64,000 nucleotides of DNA, taken from Escherichia coli. Its GTDB lineage: Bacteria > Pseudomonadota > Gammaproteobacteria > Enterobacterales > Enterobacteriaceae. The notes beneath the pieces are model-generated. The model ran no database searches. It was not told the DNA's origin and saw only the letters and a list, made by a program, of their open reading frames with translations. The stretch is from the NCBI RefSeq assembly GCF_009931435.1, contig NZ_CP043414.1. One strand, given 5' to 3'. This document shows, in pieces, positions 14,061 to 27,233 of this stretch; the first letter of the stretch is position 1, and each line of letters starts with the position of its first letter. The position numbers and the translations under genes were made by a program.

Positions 14061-14117
14061 TGCAAACACACAACACAATACACAATATAAAAAAGCCATT
14101 TCACTTGAGGGTTATGT

Positions 14118-14900
14118 ATGAAGAAGTCGATTCTCGCTCTGTCTTTGTTAGTCGGGATTTCCGCAGCAGCTTCCAGCTACGCGGCACTGCCGGAGACGGT
14201 ACGTATCGGAACGGATACCACCTATGCACCGTTCTCATCGAAAGATGCCAAAGGTGACTTTGTTGGCTTTGATATCGATCTCGGTAACGAGATGTGCAAA
14301 CGGATGCAGGTGAAATGTACCTGGGTTGCCAGTGACTTTGACGCGCTGATCCCCTCACTGAAAGCGAAAAAGATCGACGCCATTATTTCGTCGCTCTCCA
14401 TTACGGATAAACGTCAGCAGGAGATTGCCTTCTCCGACAAACTGTACGCCGCAGACTCTCGTCTGATTGCTGCCAAAGGTTCACCGATTCAGCCAACGCT
14501 GGATTCACTGAAAGGTAAACATGTTGGTGTGCTGCAGGGATCAACCCAGGAAGCGTATGCCAATGATAACTGGCGCAGTAAGGGTGTCGATGTGGTGGCC
14601 TATGCTAACCAGGATTTGGTCTATTCCGATCTGGCTGCAGGACGCCTGGATGCCGCTCTGCAAGATGAGGTTGCTGCCAGCGAAGGTTTCCTCAAGCAAC
14701 CTGCCGGTAAAGATTTCGCTTTTGCAGGCCCTTCAGTGAAAGACAAAAAATACTTCGGTGACGGCACCGGTGTCGGGCTACGTAAAGATGATGCTGAACT
14801 GACGGCTGCGTTTAATAAGGCGCTTGGCGAGCTGCGTCAGGACGGCACCTACGACAAGATGGCGAAAAAGTATTTCGACTTTAATGTCTACGGTGACTGA
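14118..14900 (+). CDS. argT: Lysine/arginine/ornithine-binding periplasmic protein
   Basis: 260-aa ORF with signal peptide; about 70% identical to the adjacent hisJ paralog. Confidence 0.9.
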   Translation: MKKSILALSLLVGISAAASSYAALPETVRIGTDTTYAPFSSKDAKGDFVGFDIDLGNEMCKRMQVKCTWVASDFDALIPSLKAKKIDAIISSLSITDKRQQEIAFSDKLYAADSRLIAAKGSPIQPTLDSLKGKHVGVLQGSTQEAYANDNWRSKGVDVVAYANQDLVYSDLAAGRLDAALQDEVAASEGFLKQPAGKDFAFAGPSVKDKKYFGDGTGVGLRKDDAELTAAFNKALGELRQDGTYDKMAKKYFDFNVYGD

Positions 14901-15117
14901 TACGTCGCAGGGAAGCTGTACCTGATGGAATGATCATGGTGCACGCCAGGTTTGTTGCACTATCGTGGTGCATTAAAATGCATACTTAAGCATTTTTAAT
15001 GAAAAATAATACGTCTAACGGGGCGGGATATTTTGCCTTGATGGTCAATTTTATGGCACGATAAGTGTAACAAACCTGTAAATATTCCCTATAAAAAGAC
15101 TGTCAGTTGAGGACATT

Positions 15118-15900
15118 ATGAAAAAACTGGTGCTATCGCTCTCTCTGGTTCTGGCCTTCTCCAGCGCAACGGCGGCGTTTGCTGCGATTCCGCAAAACAT
15201 CCGCATCGGTACCGATCCGACCTATGCGCCATTTGAATCAAAAAATTCACAAGGTGAACTGGTTGGCTTCGACATCGATCTGGCGAAGGAATTGTGCAAA
15301 CGCATCAATACGCAATGTACGTTTGTCGAAAACCCGCTGGATGCGTTAATCCCGTCCTTAAAAGCGAAGAAGATTGACGCCATCATGTCATCGCTTTCCA
15401 TTACGGAAAAACGTCAGCAGGAAATTGCCTTCACCGACAAACTGTACGCTGCCGACTCTCGTCTGGTAGTGGCGAAAAATTCCGACATTCAGCCGACAGT
15501 CGAGTCGCTGAAAGGCAAGCGCGTAGGCGTATTGCAGGGCACCACCCAGGAGACGTTCGGTAACGAACACTGGGCACCAAAAGGCATTGAAATCGTCTCT
15601 TATCAGGGGCAGGACAACATTTATTCTGACCTGACTGCCGGACGTATTGATGCCGCATTCCAGGATGAGGTCGCCGCCAGCGAAGGTTTCCTCAAACAAC
15701 CCGTCGGTAAAGATTACAAATTCGGTGGCCCGTCTGTTAAAGATGAAAAACTGTTTGGCGTAGGTACCGGCATGGGTCTGCGTAAAGAAGATAACGAATT
15801 GCGCGAGGCACTGAACAAAGCCTTTGCCGAAATGCGCGCTGACGGTACTTACGAGAAATTAGCGAAAAAGTACTTCGATTTTGATGTTTATGGTGGTTAA
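15118..15900 (+). CDS. hisJ: Histidine-binding periplasmic protein
   Basis: 260-aa ORF with signal peptide ([22 protein letters not shown]); followed by hisQMP. Confidence 0.9.
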   Translation: MKKLVLSLSLVLAFSSATAAFAAIPQNIRIGTDPTYAPFESKNSQGELVGFDIDLAKELCKRINTQCTFVENPLDALIPSLKAKKIDAIMSSLSITEKRQQEIAFTDKLYAADSRLVVAKNSDIQPTVESLKGKRVGVLQGTTQETFGNEHWAPKGIEIVSYQGQDNIYSDLTAGRIDAAFQDEVAASEGFLKQPVGKDYKFGGPSVKDEKLFGVGTGMGLRKEDNELREALNKAFAEMRADGTYEKLAKKYFDFDVYGG

Positions 15901-15924
15901 TCGCCATCGGTGAAAGAAAGCCCG

Positions 15925-15948
15925 CTCCCTTCGGGTAACCGGAGGGAG
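15925..15948 (+). other. Intercistronic RNA hairpin between hisJ and hisQ
   Basis: ctcccttcgg-gtaa-ccggagggag: 10-bp stem (one G-U) with a GNRA-type loop. Confidence 0.6.
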
Positions 15949-15989
15949 ACAAGAGGCGGTAATTCACCACACACGACAGGACAGGCAGC

Positions 15990-16676
15990 ATGTTGTATGG
16001 GTTTTCAGGTGTTATTTTACAGGGTGCGCTCGTCACGCTGGAGCTGGCGATCAGCTCTGTAGTGCTCGCTGTAATCATCGGTTTAATTGGCGCTGGCGGT
16101 AAGCTCTCGCAAAATCGGTTTTCGGGACTGATTTTTGAAGGGTATACCACGCTGATTCGTGGCGTGCCGGATTTAGTGTTGATGCTGCTGATTTTCTACG
16201 GTTTGCAGATTGCGCTAAACACGGTGACGGAGGCGATGGGCGTCGGGCAGATTGATATCGATCCGATGGTCGCAGGTATTATCACGCTCGGTTTTATCTA
16301 CGGTGCTTACTTCACCGAAACGTTTCGTGGCGCGTTTATGGCAGTGCCAAAAGGACATATAGAGGCGGCAACGGCGTTTGGTTTTACTCGTGGGCAAGTG
16401 TTTCGGCGGATTATGTTTCCGGCGATGATGCGTTACGCCCTGCCAGGCATTGGCAACAACTGGCAGGTGATCCTCAAATCTACCGCCCTGGTTTCGTTAC
16501 TTGGCCTGGAAGATGTGGTCAAAGCCACGCAACTGGCAGGCAAAAGTACCTGGGAACCGTTCTATTTCGCCATCGTCTGTGGCGTGATTTACCTGGTTTT
16601 CACCACCGTTTCCAATGGTGTGCTGCTGTTCCTTGAGCGCCGCTACTCCGTGGGTGTGAAGAGGGCTGACCTGTGA
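15990..16676 (+). CDS. hisQ: Histidine/basic amino acid ABC transporter permease
   Basis: 228-aa hydrophobic ORF; stop overlaps the hisM start. Confidence 0.9.
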   Translation: MLYGFSGVILQGALVTLELAISSVVLAVIIGLIGAGGKLSQNRFSGLIFEGYTTLIRGVPDLVLMLLIFYGLQIALNTVTEAMGVGQIDIDPMVAGIITLGFIYGAYFTETFRGAFMAVPKGHIEAATAFGFTRGQVFRRIMFPAMMRYALPGIGNNWQVILKSTALVSLLGLEDVVKATQLAGKSTWEPFYFAIVCGVIYLVFTTVSNGVLLFLERRYSVGVKRADL

Positions 16677-17389
16677 TCGAAATCTTACATGAATACTGGA
16701 AACCACTGCTGTGGACCGACGGTTATCGCTTTACTGGCGTGGCGATCACCCTGTGGCTGCTGATTTTGTCGGTAGTGATAGGCGGAGTCCTGGCGCTGTT
16801 TCTGGCGATTGGTCGCGTCTCCAGCAATAAATACATCCAGTTTCCAATCTGGTTATTTACTTATATTTTTCGCGGTACACCGCTGTATGTTCAATTGCTG
16901 GTGTTCTATTCCGGCATGTACACGCTGGAGATTGTTAAGGGTACCGAGTTCCTTAACGCCTTTTTCCGCAGTGGCCTGAATTGTACTGTGCTGGCGCTGA
17001 CGCTTAACACCTGTGCTTACACCACCGAGATTTTTGCCGGAGCAATCCGTTCGGTACCGCACGGAGAAATTGAAGCCGCCAGAGCCTATGGCTTTTCGAC
17101 CTTTAAAATGTATCGCTGCATTATTTTGCCTTCAGCGCTGCGTATTGCGTTACCGGCCTACAGTAATGAAGTAATCCTGATGCTGCACTCTACTGCGCTG
17201 GCGTTTACGGCCACGGTGCCGGATCTGCTGAAAATAGCTCGTGATATTAACGCCGCCACGTATCAACCTTTTACCGCCTTCGGTATCGCCGCGGTGCTCT
17301 ATTTAATCATCTCTTATGTCCTGATCAGTCTGTTCCGCAAAGCGGAAAAACGCTGGTTGCAGCATGTGAAACCTTCTTCAACGCACTGA
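16673..17389 (+). CDS. hisM: Histidine/basic amino acid ABC transporter permease
   Basis: 238-aa hydrophobic ORF, paralogous to hisQ. Confidence 0.9.
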   Translation: MIEILHEYWKPLLWTDGYRFTGVAITLWLLILSVVIGGVLALFLAIGRVSSNKYIQFPIWLFTYIFRGTPLYVQLLVFYSGMYTLEIVKGTEFLNAFFRSGLNCTVLALTLNTCAYTTEIFAGAIRSVPHGEIEAARAYGFSTFKMYRCIILPSALRIALPAYSNEVILMLHSTALAFTATVPDLLKIARDINAATYQPFTAFGIAAVLYLIISYVLISLFRKAEKRWLQHVKPSSTH

Positions 17390-17396
17390 GAATACG

Positions 17397-18170
17397 ATGT
17401 CCGAGAATAAATTAAACGTTATCGATTTGCACAAACGCTACGGCGAACACGAAGTGCTGAAAGGGGTCTCACTGCAAGCGAATGCCGGTGATGTCATAAG
17501 TATCATCGGATCGTCGGGATCGGGGAAAAGTACCTTTCTGCGCTGCATTAACTTCCTCGAAAAACCGAGCGAAGGATCGATCGTCGTTAACGGCCAGACG
17601 ATCAATCTGGTGCGCGATAAAGACGGTCAACTCAAAGTCGCCGATAAAAATCAGCTGCGCTTACTGCGCACACGCCTGACGATGGTATTCCAGCACTTCA
17701 ATCTCTGGAGCCATATGACGGTGCTGGAAAACGTCATGGAAGCGCCGATTCAGGTGTTAGGCCTGAGCAAGCAGGAAGCGCGCGAGCGGGCGGTGAAGTA
17801 TCTGGCGAAAGTCGGGATAGACGAACGTGCGCAGGGGAAATACCCGGTGCATCTGTCCGGTGGTCAGCAACAGCGTGTTTCCATCGCGCGGGCGCTGGCG
17901 ATGGAACCGGAAGTTTTACTGTTTGATGAACCTACCTCGGCGCTCGATCCTGAACTGGTAGGCGAAGTGCTGCGTATTATGCAGCAACTGGCAGAAGAGG
18001 GAAAAACCATGGTGGTGGTGACTCACGAAATGGGCTTTGCTCGCCATGTTTCTACTCACGTCATTTTTCTCCATCAGGGGAAAATAGAGGAAGAAGGCGC
18101 GCCGGAGCAGTTATTTGGCAACCCGAAAAGCCCTCGTCTGCAACAGTTCCTTAAGGGATCGCTGAAATAA
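17397..18170 (+). CDS. hisP: Histidine/basic amino acid ABC transporter ATPase
   Basis: 257-aa ORF; Walker [13 protein letters not shown] signature [15 protein letters not shown], Walker [12 protein letters not shown]. Confidence 0.95.
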   Translation: MSENKLNVIDLHKRYGEHEVLKGVSLQANAGDVISIIGSSGSGKSTFLRCINFLEKPSEGSIVVNGQTINLVRDKDGQLKVADKNQLRLLRTRLTMVFQHFNLWSHMTVLENVMEAPIQVLGLSKQEARERAVKYLAKVGIDERAQGKYPVHLSGGQQQRVSIARALAMEPEVLLFDEPTSALDPELVGEVLRIMQQLAEEGKTMVVVTHEMGFARHVSTHVIFLHQGKIEEEGAPEQLFGNPKSPRLQQFLKGSLK

Positions 18171-18177
18171 CTCCCCC

Positions 18178-18207
18178 TCCGGTGGCTAACGCTGCCGGAG
18201 TATTTTC
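18178..18207 (+). terminator. Terminator-like hairpin after hisP
   Basis: ctccgg...ccggag stem followed by a T-rich tract. Confidence 0.45.
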
Positions 18208-18366
18208 AAGGGAAATTTGCGAGTCCGTTTCCGCTGAAATGTAAAAGTTGCAGTCCGCTAAAAATACTTCTGAATTCGCTGTCCAAAGATAAAAACTGCC
18301 TGCTGCATTGGGTGTAAATCGTGGTTATTGTCGCGTCATCTTAAATTTGAGGGGTGACGGAACGCC

Positions 18367-19257
18367 ATGACAATATCGACAACTTCCACGCCGCATGATG
18401 CGGTATTTAAATCTTTTTTACGCCATCCAGACACCGCGCGGGATTTTATTGATATTCATCTTCCCGCGTCGCTGCGCAAACTGTGTGATTTAACGACGCT
18501 CAAACTGGAACCAAACAGTTTTATTGATGAAGATCTGCGGCAATATTATTCCGACCTCTTGTGGTCTGTGAAAACGCAGGAGGGAGCGGGTTATATTTAT
18601 GTGGTGATAGAGCACCAAAGTAAGCCGGAGGAATTAATGGCTTTTCGCATGATGCGCTATTCCATCGCGGCGATGCAAAACCATCTGGATGCAGGCTATA
18701 AAGAGCTTCCATTGGTGATCCCAATGCTGTTTTATCATGGTTGCAGAAGTCCTTATCCTTATTCACTCTGCTGGCTTGATGAATTTGCCGAGCCTGCTAT
18801 AGCCCGCAAAATATATTCATCGGCTTTTCCGCTGGTGGATATTACCGTGGTGCCGGATGACGAGATTATGCAACATCGCAAAATGGCGCTGTTGGAGTTA
18901 ATTCAGAAACATATTCGTCAGCGCGATCTGTTGGGATTAGTCGACCAAATTGTTTCGCTGCTAGTTACAGGGAACACTAATGACAGACAGCTAAAAGCCC
19001 TGTTTAATTACGTATTACAAACGGGAGATGCCCAGCGTTTCCGTGCATTTATTGGTGAGATAGCGGAACGAGCACCACAAGAAAAGGAGAAACTGATGAC
19101 CATTGCTGACAGATTACGTGAAGAAGGCGCAATGCAGGGCAAACACGAAGAAGCTCTGCGTATTGCTCAGGAGATGCTGGAAAAAGGATTTGACCACGAA
19201 GTCATCCTGACGCTGACCCGACTTTCACCAGACGACCTAATCGCGCAAAGCCACTAA
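18367..19257 (+). CDS. rpnB: Rpn-family (YhgA-like, transposase_31 / PD-(D/E)xK) recombination-promoting nuclease
   Basis: 296-aa ORF; N-terminal nuclease-like core (D...VIEHQSK) and a charged helical C-terminal tail; position matches yfcI/rpnB. Confidence 0.8.
   Translation: MTISTTSTPHDAVFKSFLRHPDTARDFIDIHLPASLRKLCDLTTLKLEPNSFIDEDLRQYYSDLLWSVKTQEGAGYIYVVIEHQSKPEELMAFRMMRYSIAAMQNHLDAGYKELPLVIPMLFYHGCRSPYPYSLCWLDEFAEPAIARKIYSSAFPLVDITVVPDDEIMQHRKMALLELIQKHIRQRDLLGLVDQIVSLLVTGNTNDRQLKALFNYVLQTGDAQRFRAFIGEIAERAPQEKEKLMTIADRLREEGAMQGKHEEALRIAQEMLEKGFDHEVILTLTRLSPDDLIAQSH
19096..19257 (+). CDS. Candidate nested in-frame small ORF (53 aa) within the rpnB 3' end
   Basis: Strong SD aaggag (19084-19089) spaced 6 nt from an in-frame ATG at 19096; would encode [53 protein letters not shown]. 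Confidence 0.35.
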   Translation: MTIADRLREEGAMQGKHEEALRIAQEMLEKGFDHEVILTLTRLSPDDLIAQSH

Positions 19258-19304
19258 TCCTGTAACACCGGGAATTAACTGGCGGATGTTTGCAGTACAC
19301 CACA

Positions 19305-20198
19305 TCAGTGAACAACATCCGCCAGCGCTTCTTCTAAATCGTACCAGCGAAACGCAAAACCCGCTTCTTCCAGCCGTTTAGGCAATGCTCGTTGTCCACC
19401 TAATACCAGTACTGAAGATTCGCCCATTAACAGTCGAATAGCGGTCGCGGGGACGCGCAAAATGGCCGGGCGATGCAGCGCATGACCGAGCGCATGGGCA
19501 AATTGTTCATTGCGTACCGGGTAGGGCGAAACCATATTAAACGGCCCGCGCAGCTCGTTATCCAGCAGCCAGAGAATACCGTTGACCATATCATCGATAT
19601 GAATCCAGGCCAGATACTGCCGACCGGAGCCAATCGGCCCGCCCAGGCCAAGACGAAACGGCGGCAGCATTTTACCGAGGATCCCGCCGTCCGGTGCCAG
19701 CACCACGCCGGTACGCAGCAGGCACACACGTGTTTTGTCGCTTTGCGCCCGACAGGCAATCTCTTCCCAACGAGCGCAGAGTTTGTGGGTAAATTCGTTA
19801 TGCGGCGGTTCCTCTTCGGTAACCACCACTTCACCTAAGTCGCCATAATAGCCCGTTGCCGAACCGGAAATGAGTACCGACGGCGGCGTGTCGCTGGCAT
19901 TAATTACATCGACCAGTTTTTGCGTGATATTCCAGCGGCTTTGGCAGAGACGATCTTTTTGCTCGTGAGTCCAGCGTTTATCGGCAATCGGTTCTCCAGC
20001 CAGGTTGATTACCGCATCAACGCCATTGAGGTTGCTTTGATCTGCAAGCCCTTGCCATAGTGTCACCCGGGGGCCGAGAGCGGAACTGGCTTTCTGCGGG
20101 TTACGTGTCACTACCGTGATTTGATGGCCCAGCTCCAGCAAACGTGGAATCAAATGGCGACCAATTAATCCCGTCCCTCCGGTGATCACTATGTTCAT
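19305..20198 (-). CDS. yfcH: NAD-dependent epimerase/dehydratase-family protein (TIGR01777-like)
   Basis: 297-aa ORF; Rossmann motif [12 protein letters not shown]. Confidence 0.8.
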   Translation of the reverse strand: MNIVITGGTGLIGRHLIPRLLELGHQITVVTRNPQKASSALGPRVTLWQGLADQSNLNGVDAVINLAGEPIADKRWTHEQKDRLCQSRWNITQKLVDVINASDTPPSVLISGSATGYYGDLGEVVVTEEEPPHNEFTHKLCARWEEIACRAQSDKTRVCLLRTGVVLAPDGGILGKMLPPFRLGLGGPIGSGRQYLAWIHIDDMVNGILWLLDNELRGPFNMVSPYPVRNEQFAHALGHALHRPAILRVPATAIRLLMGESSVLVLGGQRALPKRLEEAGFAFRWYDLEEALADVVH

Positions 20199-20218
20199 GC
20201 AGCCTCCCGATATGGCGG

Positions 20219-20581
20219 TTAACGCTGCCAGCTTAAGGTCATGGATACCGAATCAGCGTAGCGCAGCGCGTGCAGTTTATCGATCTCTACTTCAGCATAC
20301 GTTACCCAGTGATGTTCACGTGCGATATCGAGCACATCCTGAGTTAATTTCTCCAGCAAAGAGAAACGGTTATTCTCTACGTGCTGAATAATGTTTTTCG
20401 TTACGGTGCGATAATTCAGCGCATCGTTGATATCTTCGCTGGTGCGCGCTTTATCGGCGGGGTAGTGGATCGTCACGTTGATAACTATATCCTGACGGTT
20501 GTTAATTTCTTCTTCCTTAATTCCGATAAACGTACGTAAACGAAGGTTCTTTATACGAATAATAGCGGCAGGTTGTGCCAT
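20219..20581 (-). CDS. folX: Dihydroneopterin triphosphate 2'-epimerase
   Basis: 120-aa ORF, FolB/FolX-size protein; gene order. Confidence 0.85.
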
Positions 20582-20637
20582 TGCAGGTTCTCCGTTGTTT
20601 TACTTAGGATTAAATAATACACGAGAACCTGTTTCTG

Positions 20638-22114
<1,477 letters not shown>

Positions 22115-22117
22115 TGA

Positions 22118-22672
22118 GTGATGAAACTGATGTTTGCATCGGACATTCATGGGTCGTTACCGGCGACGGAACGTGTTCTGGAGTTGTTTGCCCAAAGCGG
22201 TGCCCAGTGGCTGGTGATCCTTGGCGACGTGTTGAATCACGGCCCGCGTAATGCTTTACCGGAGGGTTACGCGCCAGCCAAAGTCGCTGAACGGCTTAAT
22301 GAAGTGGCACATAAAGTTATCGCTGTGCGCGGCAACTGCGACAGCGAAGTGGATCAAATGCTGCTGCATTTCCCAATAACCGCGCCGTGGCAACAGGTAT
22401 TACTGGAAAAACAACGTCTGTTTTTGACGCATGGTCATCTATTTGGTCCGGAAAATCTGCCCGCTTTAAACCAGAACGATGTGCTGGTGTACGGTCATAC
22501 CCATTTGCCAGTGGCAGAACAGCGGGGGGAGATATTCCACTTCAACCCCGGCTCGGTGAGTATTCCGAAAGGCGGTAATCCGGCGAGTTATGGCATGCTG
22601 GATAATGACGTACTGAGTGTAATCGCACTCAATGATCAAAGTATCATTGCGCAGGTCGCGATTAATCCGTAA
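22118..22672 (+). CDS. yfcE: Metallophosphoesterase (phosphodiesterase)
   Basis: 184-aa ORF; calcineurin-like motifs ASDIHGS and GDVLNHG. Confidence 0.8.
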   Translation: MMKLMFASDIHGSLPATERVLELFAQSGAQWLVILGDVLNHGPRNALPEGYAPAKVAERLNEVAHKVIAVRGNCDSEVDQMLLHFPITAPWQQVLLEKQRLFLTHGHLFGPENLPALNQNDVLVYGHTHLPVAEQRGEIFHFNPGSVSIPKGGNPASYGMLDNDVLSVIALNDQSIIAQVAINP

Positions 22673-22729
22673 TTTACCCACAACTCAAAATGCGCCGTAA
22701 GAGCGCCAGAAAAAGAAGGTTTCCTGATA

Positions 22730-23272
22730 ATGGAACAGCGTCGTTTGGCAAGTACTGAATGGGTGGATATTGTCAATGAAGAGAATGAAGTCATTGCACA
22801 AGCCAGCCGGGAACAAATGCGGGCACAGTGTCTGCGTCATCGTGCAACTTACATCGTCGTGCATGATGGCATGGGCAAAATTCTGGTCCAGCGTCGTACC
22901 GAGACAAAAGACTTTTTACCCGGCATGTTAGATGCGACCGCAGGCGGTGTGGTCCAGGCCGATGAGCAACTGCTGGAGTCCGCGCGTCGCGAAGCGGAAG
23001 AAGAGTTGGGCATTGCCGGTGTCCCCTTTGCCGAGCACGGGCAGTTCTATTTCGAAGATAAAAATTGCCGTGTCTGGGGCGCGTTGTTCAGTTGTGTCTC
23101 GCACGGTCCCTTCGCCCTACAGGAAGATGAAGTCAGTGAAGTTTGCTGGCTGACGCCGGAAGAAATCACCGCACGCTGCGATGAGTTCACTCCAGACTCG
23201 CTGAAAGCGCTGGCGTTGTGGATGAAGCGCAATGCCAAAAATGAAGCCGTAGAGACTGAAACGGCAGAATGA
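22730..23272 (+). CDS. yfcD: Nudix hydrolase
   Basis: 180-aa ORF; Nudix box [24 protein letters not shown]. Confidence 0.85.
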
Positions 23273-23276
23273 AAAA

Positions 23277-23296
23277 AGAGCCGCAATTGCGGCTCT
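23277..23296. terminator. Bidirectional terminator between yfcD and yfcC
   Basis: Perfect palindrome agagccgcaattgcggctct flanked by an A-run on the plus strand (T-run on the minus strand). Confidence 0.7.
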
Positions 23297-23304
23297 TAAC
23301 ATTT

Positions 23305-24825
23305 TTAGTGGTAGCCCATCAACTGAGCACCGATAACCACGACGCTGGACATAATAAACAGCAGTCCAAGCAGTGTCGCGCCCACCTTCAGCCAGTTACG
23401 GAAGTCCACCCGACAAACACCGAGCGTTGCCATTAACGAAGCCGAGGTCGGGTAAATGATGTGACTGAAGCCATCACCAAACTGGAACGCCAGCACGGTA
23501 ACCTGACGGTTAACACCGACCAGATCGCCAAGCGGTGCCAGTAACGGCATGGTTAACGCCGCCTGACCAGAACCGGATGTCACGAAGAAATTAAATACCG
23601 CCTGGAAGAGCAACATAAACCAGGCTGCAACTGCGTTATCCAGACCGCTAATGGCATTGGCAATGCTGTTTAGAATGGTATTTAACACACTGGCATCACC
23701 CGCTTCACCGTTACCGACCAGCAACAAAATCCCTTTGGCGAAACCCACCAGTAGGGCAGGGGCGATCATCATTCGCGCCCCTTCGGTGAAGGATGAAGCC
23801 ATGGTATTAACCGTCATACCGTTTAGGCGGAAAACAACGCCGATGATGCCAATAACTAGCCCCATCGTGAAGAACTGGCTGGCTATTTCTGGAATAAACC
23901 AGGCATTGACGATAACGCCCCAAATTACCCAGATCATGACGGCGGTTAAAACAATCAATACCAGCCAGTCACCAAAGGTAAATGGACGCTGTTCTACATC
24001 CGCCTGTTTTTCGCGGAAGAAACGATCGGACTCATGAACGCGTGACAACAGCGGATTCTTTTTCACCCGCGAGGCGTACACCATAGTGAAGACCAGACCA
24101 ATCAGAGTAGAGATTACCCATACCACGATGCGCAAACCGGAGCCAGAAAGCACCGGAACACCAGCGATCCCCTGAGCAACAACCACACAAAACGGGTTCA
24201 TCCACGAACTGGCAAAACCGATTTGCGTGGCGATATAAGTCACCAGGACGGTGGTAATACTGTCATAGCCCAGCCGGACCATTAGCGGTGCGATGATAAT
24301 GGCAAAGGCGACGGCCTCTTCCCCCATACCAAATACCGCGCCGCCAAGTGAAAAGAGAATAAACAAGGCAGGGATAAAGAGAATTTCATTCCCGCGTGTA
24401 TGCCGAATAAGTGCCAGGATGCCGTTATCAATGGTTCCTGTACGCATCACGATGCCAAACGCGCCGCCAATCACCAGCATAAACATGATGATGCCAACGG
24501 CTGTCCCGTATTTCGATCCTGAGGTTAATCCTTCAAACGGGAAATTCATCAGGCCCGGGCGTTCATCGCCCGTCGAGAACAGTTGCACGCGGTGATACTC
24601 AGGTTCGCCCGCCTCGTTAGTCAGAATGCGAAATGAGTGCGGATCTACGACTTTGCGTGTTTTTGTTTGACCATCAACCTGATACTGCACTTCCTGACTG
24701 TCAAACATCCCCACCGGAACTACCCAGGTGGCAAGGCTGGTTAAAATAGCAACAAAAAAGATAATCACCAGCGTATCGGGCATTGCCCATCTTCTGGTTG
24801 GTTTGGATTCAGTGATTGCGGACAT
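23305..24825 (-). CDS. yfcC: YfcC-family inner membrane transporter
   Basis: The ORF-track frame is 513 aa; start chosen at the second in-frame Met (MSAITESK, 506 aa). Polytopic membrane protein. Confidence 0.8.
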   Translation of the reverse strand: MSAITESKPTRRWAMPDTLVIIFFVAILTSLATWVVPVGMFDSQEVQYQVDGQTKTRKVVDPHSFRILTNEAGEPEYHRVQLFSTGDERPGLMNFPFEGLTSGSKYGTAVGIIMFMLVIGGAFGIVMRTGTIDNGILALIRHTRGNEILFIPALFILFSLGGAVFGMGEEAVAFAIIIAPLMVRLGYDSITTVLVTYIATQIGFASSWMNPFCVVVAQGIAGVPVLSGSGLRIVVWVISTLIGLVFTMVYASRVKKNPLLSRVHESDRFFREKQADVEQRPFTFGDWLVLIVLTAVMIWVIWGVIVNAWFIPEIASQFFTMGLVIGIIGVVFRLNGMTVNTMASSFTEGARMMIAPALLVGFAKGILLLVGNGEAGDASVLNTILNSIANAISGLDNAVAAWFMLLFQAVFNFFVTSGSGQAALTMPLLAPLGDLVGVNRQVTVLAFQFGDGFSHIIYPTSASLMATLGVCRVDFRNWLKVGATLLGLLFIMSSVVVIGAQLMGYH

Positions 24826-24944
24826 AGCGCAGATATTCCCTTGCACAAAACAAAGTGGTAAGTATGCAAAGTGAGATGGCGCAATTCATTGATGCAGCGC
24901 AGTTAAGCAAGATAATCAGAAAGGATTAATGCAATTTAAGAGAA

Positions 24945-25004
24945 TAAAAAACCGGAAATAGTGACTATTTCCGGTTCAGGTATCCGCAGCGCAAAGCTGC
25001 GGAT
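24945..25004 (-). terminator. pta terminator region (two hairpins)
   Basis: atccgcagcgcaaagctgcggat directly after the pta stop, then accggaaatagtgactatttccggt followed by a T-run on the minus strand. Confidence 0.65.
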
Positions 25005-25014
25005 GATGACGAGA

Positions 25015-27159
25015 TTACTGCTGCTGTGCAGACTGAATCGCAGTCAGCGCGATGGTGTAGACGATATCGTCAACCAGTGCGCCACGGGACAGATCGTTAA
25101 CCGGCTTGCGCATACCCTGCAGCATCGGCCCGATGGAGATCAGATCGGCAGAACGTTGTACCGCTTTGTATGTGGTGTTACCGGTGTTCAGATCCGGGAA
25201 GATGAACACGGTAGCGCGACCAGCAACCGGAGAATTCGGCGCTTTGGATTTCGCAACGTCAGCCATTACCGCAGCGTCGTACTGCAGCGGACCGTCGATC
25301 ATCAGGTCAGGACGTTTTTCCTGCGCCAGACGAGTTGCTTCGCGAACTTTCTCTACGTCGCTACCTGCACCAGAAGTACCGGTGGAGTAGGAGAGCATTG
25401 CAACGCGCGGTTCGATACCGAAGGCCGCGGCGGAATCAGCGGACTGAATCGCGATTTCTGCCAGCTGTTCTGCGGTCGGATCCGGGTTGATCGCACAGTC
25501 ACCGTAAACGTAAACCTGTTCCGGCAGCAGCATGAAGAACACGGAAGATACCAGGGAGCTACCCGGTGCAGTTTTGATCAGCTGCAGCGGCGGACGAATG
25601 GTGTTTGCGGTGGTGTGAACAGCACCGGAAACCAGACCGTCAACTTCATCCTGTTCCAGCATCAGCGTACCGAGAACCACGTTGTCTTCCAGCTGTTCGC
25701 GGGCAACGGTTTCGGTCATGCCTTTGTTCTTACGCAGTTCAACCAGGCGGCCAACATAGCTTTCGCGAACCACTTCTGGATCGACAATTTCAATGCCAGC
25801 ACCCAGCTCTACGCCCTGAGATGCTGCAACGCGGTTGATCTCAGCCGGGTTACCCAGCAGTACGCAAGTTGCGATACCACGTTCAGCACAGATAGCGGCT
25901 GCTTTAACGGTACGCGGTTCGTCACCTTCCGGCAGCACGATACGTTTGCCCGCTTTGCGCGCCAGTTCGGTCAGCTGATAACGGAACGCTGGCGGAGACA
26001 GACGACGGCTGCGCTCGGAAGTGGCAGTCAGAGAGTCAATCCAGTCAGCGTTGATGTAGTTAGCAACGTATTCCTGAACTTTCTCGATACGCTCGTGATC
26101 GTCAACCGGAACTTCGAGGTTGAAGCTCTGCAGGCTCAGAGAAGTCTGCCAGGTGTTGGTATTCACCATAAATACCGGAAGGCCGGTAGCGAAAGCACGT
26201 TCGCACAGTTTGGAAATGCGCGCGTCCATTTCGTAGCCGCCAGTCAGCAGCAGGGCACCGATTTCTACGCCGTTCATGGCAGCCAGGCAAGCTGCAACCA
26301 GTACGTCAGGACGGTCTGCGGAAGTTACCAGCAGAGAACCGGCACGGAAGTGCTCCAGCATGTGCGGAATGCTGCGTGCGCAGAAAGTGACGGATTTAAC
26401 GCGGCGAGTATTGATGTCGCCTTCGTTGATGATGGTGGCGTTCAGGTGGCGAGCCATATCGATCGCACGGGTCGCGATCAGATCAAAGCTCCACGGCACC
26501 GCGCCGAGAACCGGCAGCGGGCTGGATTCTTGCAGCTTCGCCGGATCAACATTGTTTACTTTTGCTTTGGAAGAGTCGTCGAAAATCTCGGACAGATCCG
26601 GGCGAGTACGACCCTGTTCATCAACCGGTGCGTTCAGTTTGTTAACGATAACGCCAGTGATGTTGGTGTTTTTTGCACCACCGAAGCTGTTGCGAGTCAG
26701 TTCGATACGCTCTTTCAGCTGTTCCGGGGTGTCAGTGCCCTGAGACATAACGAAGACGATTTCCGCGTTCAGCGTTTTAGCGATTTCGTAGTTCAGAGAC
26801 TGGGCAAACTGATGCTTACGTGTCGGGACCAGACCTTCAACCAGAACGACTTCAGCGTCTTTGGTGTTAGCGTGGTAGTTCGCGACGATCTCTTCCATCA
26901 GCACATCTTTCTGATTGCTGGAAAGCAGACCTTCAACGTAGCTCATTTTCAGTGGTTCAGCGGCTGTCGTGGTGGAAGAGTTCGCACGCACGATAGTCGT
27001 GGTCTGATCGGGCGCATCGCCACCGGTACGCGGCTGAGCGATAGGTTTGAAAACGCTCAGACGAACGCCTTTGCGTTCCATTGCACGGATCACGCCAAGG
27101 CTGACGCTGGTCAGACCGACGCTGGTTCCGGTAGGGATCAGCATAATAATACGGGACAC
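25015..27159 (-). CDS. pta: Phosphate acetyltransferase
   Basis: 714-aa ORF; three-domain Pta with a C-terminal PTA_PTB catalytic domain; adjacent to ackA. Confidence 0.95.
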   Translation of the reverse strand: MSRIIMLIPTGTSVGLTSVSLGVIRAMERKGVRLSVFKPIAQPRTGGDAPDQTTTIVRANSSTTTAAEPLKMSYVEGLLSSNQKDVLMEEIVANYHANTKDAEVVLVEGLVPTRKHQFAQSLNYEIAKTLNAEIVFVMSQGTDTPEQLKERIELTRNSFGGAKNTNITGVIVNKLNAPVDEQGRTRPDLSEIFDDSSKAKVNNVDPAKLQESSPLPVLGAVPWSFDLIATRAIDMARHLNATIINEGDINTRRVKSVTFCARSIPHMLEHFRAGSLLVTSADRPDVLVAACLAAMNGVEIGALLLTGGYEMDARISKLCERAFATGLPVFMVNTNTWQTSLSLQSFNLEVPVDDHERIEKVQEYVANYINADWIDSLTATSERSRRLSPPAFRYQLTELARKAGKRIVLPEGDEPRTVKAAAICAERGIATCVLLGNPAEINRVAASQGVELGAGIEIVDPEVVRESYVGRLVELRKNKGMTETVAREQLEDNVVLGTLMLEQDEVDGLVSGAVHTTANTIRPPLQLIKTAPGSSLVSSVFFMLLPEQVYVYGDCAINPDPTAEQLAEIAIQSADSAAAFGIEPRVAMLSYSTGTSGAGSDVEKVREATRLAQEKRPDLMIDGPLQYDAAVMADVAKSKAPNSPVAGRATVFIFPDLNTGNTTYKAVQRSADLISIGPMLQGMRKPVNDLSRGALVDDIVYTIALTAIQSAQQQ

Positions 27160-27233
27160 GGTTTATCCTCTTTCGTTACCGCCGGTTTGGCGGGTTACAA
27201 AACAGCACCGCCAGCTGAGCTGGCGGTGTGGAA

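Noticed and set aside
18367-19257. yfcI/rpnB as an IS-element transposase
   Set aside because: Despite transposase_31-type similarity there are no flanking terminal inverted repeats or target-site duplications visible, and the gene sits between hisP and yfcH as a stand-alone chromosomal gene.
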